From Halomicronema hongdechloris C2206 (GTDB lineage: Bacteria > Cyanobacteriota > Cyanobacteriia > Phormidesmidales > Phormidesmidaceae): 32,000 bases of DNA. Where the stretch lies: the NCBI RefSeq assembly GCF_002075285.3, contig NZ_CP021983.2:1710001-1742000 (forward strand), read 5' to 3'. The position numbers and the translations under genes are program-made. Under the pieces are notes generated by a model. The model saw only the letters and a program-made list of their open reading frames with translations. It made no database searches and had not been told where the DNA came from. This document shows positions 29,572 to 32,000 of the stretch, piece by piece; positions within the stretch are counted from its first letter, which is position 1; each line of letters begins with the position of its first letter.

Positions 29572-30393
29572 TTAGGCCAGGCTGATGTTTGTCACTCGAC
29601 CACCCATGCGATTGATTTGCTGCAACTTGCGGGAAAGCTGCTCATAGGGCACCAGATATTCCGTATTGCTACGGCGAATGCTGGGAACCATCCCTGGGGT
29701 CGCCCCTTGGCGTACCCGAACCCGGTAGAGTCGTTCACGTCCACCGCCTGAGGTGCCTACCATCGCCTGACCTGTGCCAGCATCACTGGTGGGAGAAGCA
29801 GAATTTTTGGCAAGTTCCCGAGTAAGACGAGCCCGCACTCCACTGCGTTGGGTGCGATCGCTAGTCCCATACCCCCGATATAGCTGGAAAAATCGAGGGA
29901 AGCCAACCGTTTTTTGCCCCTGCTGAGTGAGATAACCCCGATAGTGAGGAACAATATTGTCCCCAAAGTTATCTCGGTACTCAGCTGAGTCAATATAAGA
30001 ATTTATTTCTGCTTCGTATCCTTGGCTGTTATACAGATCGGTGTGGTGAGCCACCTCCGATTGATCGTACGGGGCACGTCCCAACAGATGCTTGAAATTC
30101 AGTTCAATAAACCGATTTTGAGGACCTGTTGAGAAAAACTTCTCGCGATATAACTCAGAGAGTGCTAAAGCCCGCACGAAATCACGGACAGAAATCTCTC
30201 CTTGGCGTAGGAGAGATTCGGCGCTGATAAGGCGCTCGCTGGCCATGATGTATTGGTTTCCGAATACCTGACGATAAGCCGCGCGAATGGTGGCTTCTAC
30301 ATCATCCTGGGTCCAGTTAGACCGCAGTTCTACCCGCATTGACTCTTCGTAGGGAGACACCCCAAGGCGTCCCGCTGACGTTGTCACTGCCAT
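29572..30393 (-). CDS. cpcC: phycocyanin-associated rod linker CpcC (first copy)
   Basis: The preferred start is the ATG at 30393 ([18 protein letters not shown]...). The track start at 30444 is a 17-codon extension. The domain structure is the same as in the paralog at 28537-29415. Confidence 0.9.
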   Translation of the reverse strand: MAVTTSAGRLGVSPYEESMRVELRSNWTQDDVEATIRAAYRQVFGNQYIMASERLISAESLLRQGEISVRDFVRALALSELYREKFFSTGPQNRFIELNFKHLLGRAPYDQSEVAHHTDLYNSQGYEAEINSYIDSAEYRDNFGDNIVPHYRGYLTQQGQKTVGFPRFFQLYRGYGTSDRTQRSGVRARLTRELAKNSASPTSDAGTGQAMVGTSGGGRERLYRVRVRQGATPGMVPSIRRSNTEYLVPYEQLSRKLQQINRMGGRVTNISLA

Positions 30394-30496
30394 TTTTCTA
30401 CCTCGGCAATTTACAGGTACAACAATGCCCGGATAGGCAAACAACTGCTAACGAGTAGCTAACAACTGTCTGCCCGGCCGGGCTAACCAGCGTTCC

Positions 30497-30985
30497 CTAG
30501 CTTAGGGAATTGATGGCGTAGTCAATGTAGGAATTGGCTTCAGTCGCCGCATCACCAGACAGACTGTGGTTGGCTCTGATGTACTTCAGAGCTTCTACAT
30601 ACCAGCTGGGAGATAGCTCGAAAGTGCTGTTGATTTCAGCCAAACCTGCAATCAGGTACTCATCCATGGGACCAGTGCCACCAGCCACACAGCAGTAAGT
30701 AACCATACGCAGGTAGTAGCCGATGTCACGAGCACACTTATCCTTACCACGTTGATCGGACGCGTAGTTAGCTCCCTGCATTTGAGTGGTGTAGGGAAAC
30801 TTGTTGTACACTGCCTGAGCAGCACCGCTGACGAGAGAGTCAGCCTTAGCGGTTAAAGCCTTAGCAGCTTCTAAGCCAGCGGTTGCTTGGCGTAGACGAC
30901 CAAAAGCAACTTGCAGTTCGGAAGCGCTCAGAAAGCGACCTTGGGAATCAGCAGCAGCCACTGCTTCAGTCAGAGGAGTTTTCAT
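30497..30985 (-). CDS. cpcA: C-phycocyanin alpha subunit
   Basis: [25 protein letters not shown]...[18 protein letters not shown] is canonical CpcA, at 162 aa. The track start at 31015 is a 10-codon extension. Confidence 0.95.
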   Translation of the reverse strand: MKTPLTEAVAAADSQGRFLSASELQVAFGRLRQATAGLEAAKALTAKADSLVSGAAQAVYNKFPYTTQMQGANYASDQRGKDKCARDIGYYLRMVTYCCVAGGTGPMDEYLIAGLAEINSTFELSPSWYVEALKYIRANHSLSGDAATEANSYIDYAINSLS

Positions 30986-31082
30986 AGCTGAGATTTCTCC
31001 GTTAATCTTCTGCACAATGAAATGGTTAACAGTCAGAGGATTGTGGCGCTAGATAGCACCAATGATTTAGCTGGGGCCAAAT

Positions 31083-31601
31083 CTAAGCAACAGCAGCAGC
31101 GGCCAAATCGAAATAGCTACCGACTTCGGACACGAGAGAGCTGCAATCACCAGGGGTGATGTTAGCCGGATCGTTAACGATGGCGATGGCGATTTCCTTC
31201 ATCTTTTCAACGCCAGCAGCCACAGAAGCACCGGGCACTCCAAGAGCAACATAGGTCTCACGGAGGCCGTTCAGGCAACGATCGTTGAGCACACTCGCGT
31301 CACCAGTGAAGGTGGCGTAGGTGATATAGCGTAGGATGATCTCCATGTCACGCAGGCAGGCAGCCATGCGACGGTTGGTGTAAGCATTGCCACCAGGAGC
31401 AATTAGCTGAGGCTGCTCAGCAAAGAGGGAGCGAGCAGCATCAGAAACAATCTTGGAGGCGTTACCGGTCATGCGGTTGACGGCATCAATCCGCTTGAGA
31501 CCGTCACCAACCATCCGGCTTAGAGCATCCAACTGATCATTGGACAGATAGTCGCCTCTGGCGTCAGCTTGGGAAACGACCTTGGTGAATGCGTCAAACA
31601 T
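31083..31601 (-). CDS. cpcB: C-phycocyanin beta subunit
   Basis: [20 protein letters not shown]...[18 protein letters not shown]...PGDCSSL is canonical CpcB, at 172 aa. AGGAGA lies 8 nt upstream of the ATG. Confidence 0.95.
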   Translation of the reverse strand: MFDAFTKVVSQADARGDYLSNDQLDALSRMVGDGLKRIDAVNRMTGNASKIVSDAARSLFAEQPQLIAPGGNAYTNRRMAACLRDMEIILRYITYATFTGDASVLNDRCLNGLRETYVALGVPGASVAAGVEKMKEIAIAIVNDPANITPGDCSSLVSEVGSYFDLAAAAVA

Positions 31602-32000
31602 CGACTCAATCTCCTAATGTTTTAGCTGAGTTTGGATTGGGTTCTCTTGACTGGACTAGCAGTTAGCCAGCTCAAGCTGCCTAAGTGGTATTAGGAGAGG
31701 ATCTTAAAGACAAGAAACAAAACCTACTCTCATTTGCTTATATTTCTTCAATGTCGCTCACTACAGCAGTCTGTAGTCCTGACGACACTGAAATGTTTAT
31801 GAGAGAACTCTGCTTCTCACGAAAGCCCAAGATGATGGTTATGAAACCATTGTCTAGATTGACTTTCACTTAACTCTATAAACCCTCCAAAACTGTTTAT
31901 ACACTGCAGTCGGGTTTTTATTTTTTACAAGTTATTAAGGGCCTAGGGGGTTGAACGCCTGTTCGGAAGCCCATAGACAGCAGGACTTTTGAGGTTCAGC

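Noticed and set aside
30472-30483. The GCCCGGCCGGGC palindrome between cpcA and cpcC, considered as a possible segmental-stability hairpin.
   Set aside because: As an RNA hairpin it gives only a 4-bp stem with a 4-nt loop and no U-tract, which is too weak to call.
31685-31873. A 62-aa plus-strand ORF upstream of cpcB.
   Set aside because: It lies in what appears to be the AT-richer cpcB promoter/5' UTR region. It starts at a non-ATG codon, has odd composition, and runs antisense to the expected cpcB leader transcript.
1-32000. A search for a novel defence, mobile or accessory system: CRISPR repeats, transposase or integrase genes, toxin-antitoxin pairs, tRNA-flanked islands, long direct or inverted repeats, and compositionally foreign blocks.
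   Set aside because: I found none. Every sizeable ORF is either a recognisable core gene or an isolated conserved-hypothetical. HIP1 copies are spread across the whole window, which is consistent with native core chromosome.

Overview
This is a cyanobacterial chromosomal window. The evidence is at least 16 exact copies of the HIP1 octamer GCGATCGC, plus psbI, ndhS, thf1 and a complete phycocyanin operon. Nearly all of it is housekeeping or photosynthesis coding sequence. In order: a partial GH38-like alpha-mannosidase, psbI (too short for the ORF track), a DUF3769/OstA-like protein, several conserved hypotheticals, ctaA-ctaB (heme A synthesis), a DrrA/ABC-2 exporter pair, ligA, malQ, a NUDIX hydrolase, RidA, a type I-beta DAHP synthase, an FAD oxidoreductase, ndhS, mrp-rodA (4-nt overlap), an SRPBCC protein, hemF, a STAS protein, thf1, and cpcB-A-C-C-D-E-F on the minus strand. 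I found no tRNA or rRNA genes, CRISPR arrays, transposases, integrases, or recognisable defence or toxin modules. I cannot support a novel multi-gene system here. Two observations deserve a second look. (1) ligA is one uninterrupted 706-codon ORF, yet across about 750 bp its conserved adenylation-domain motifs are encoded in the other two reading frames. That implies roughly 15 small indels that keep returning to the annotated frame without creating a stop. (2) The 464-bp spacer upstream of the DAHP synthase gene holds two related structured modules, each ending in a clear intrinsic terminator. These could be tandem sRNAs or attenuators. Minor items include a 13-bp tandem duplication that contains the cpcF start codon, and an internal terminator-like hairpin in the cpc operon. 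All family calls come from reading the translations and from memory of those families. No database search was run.
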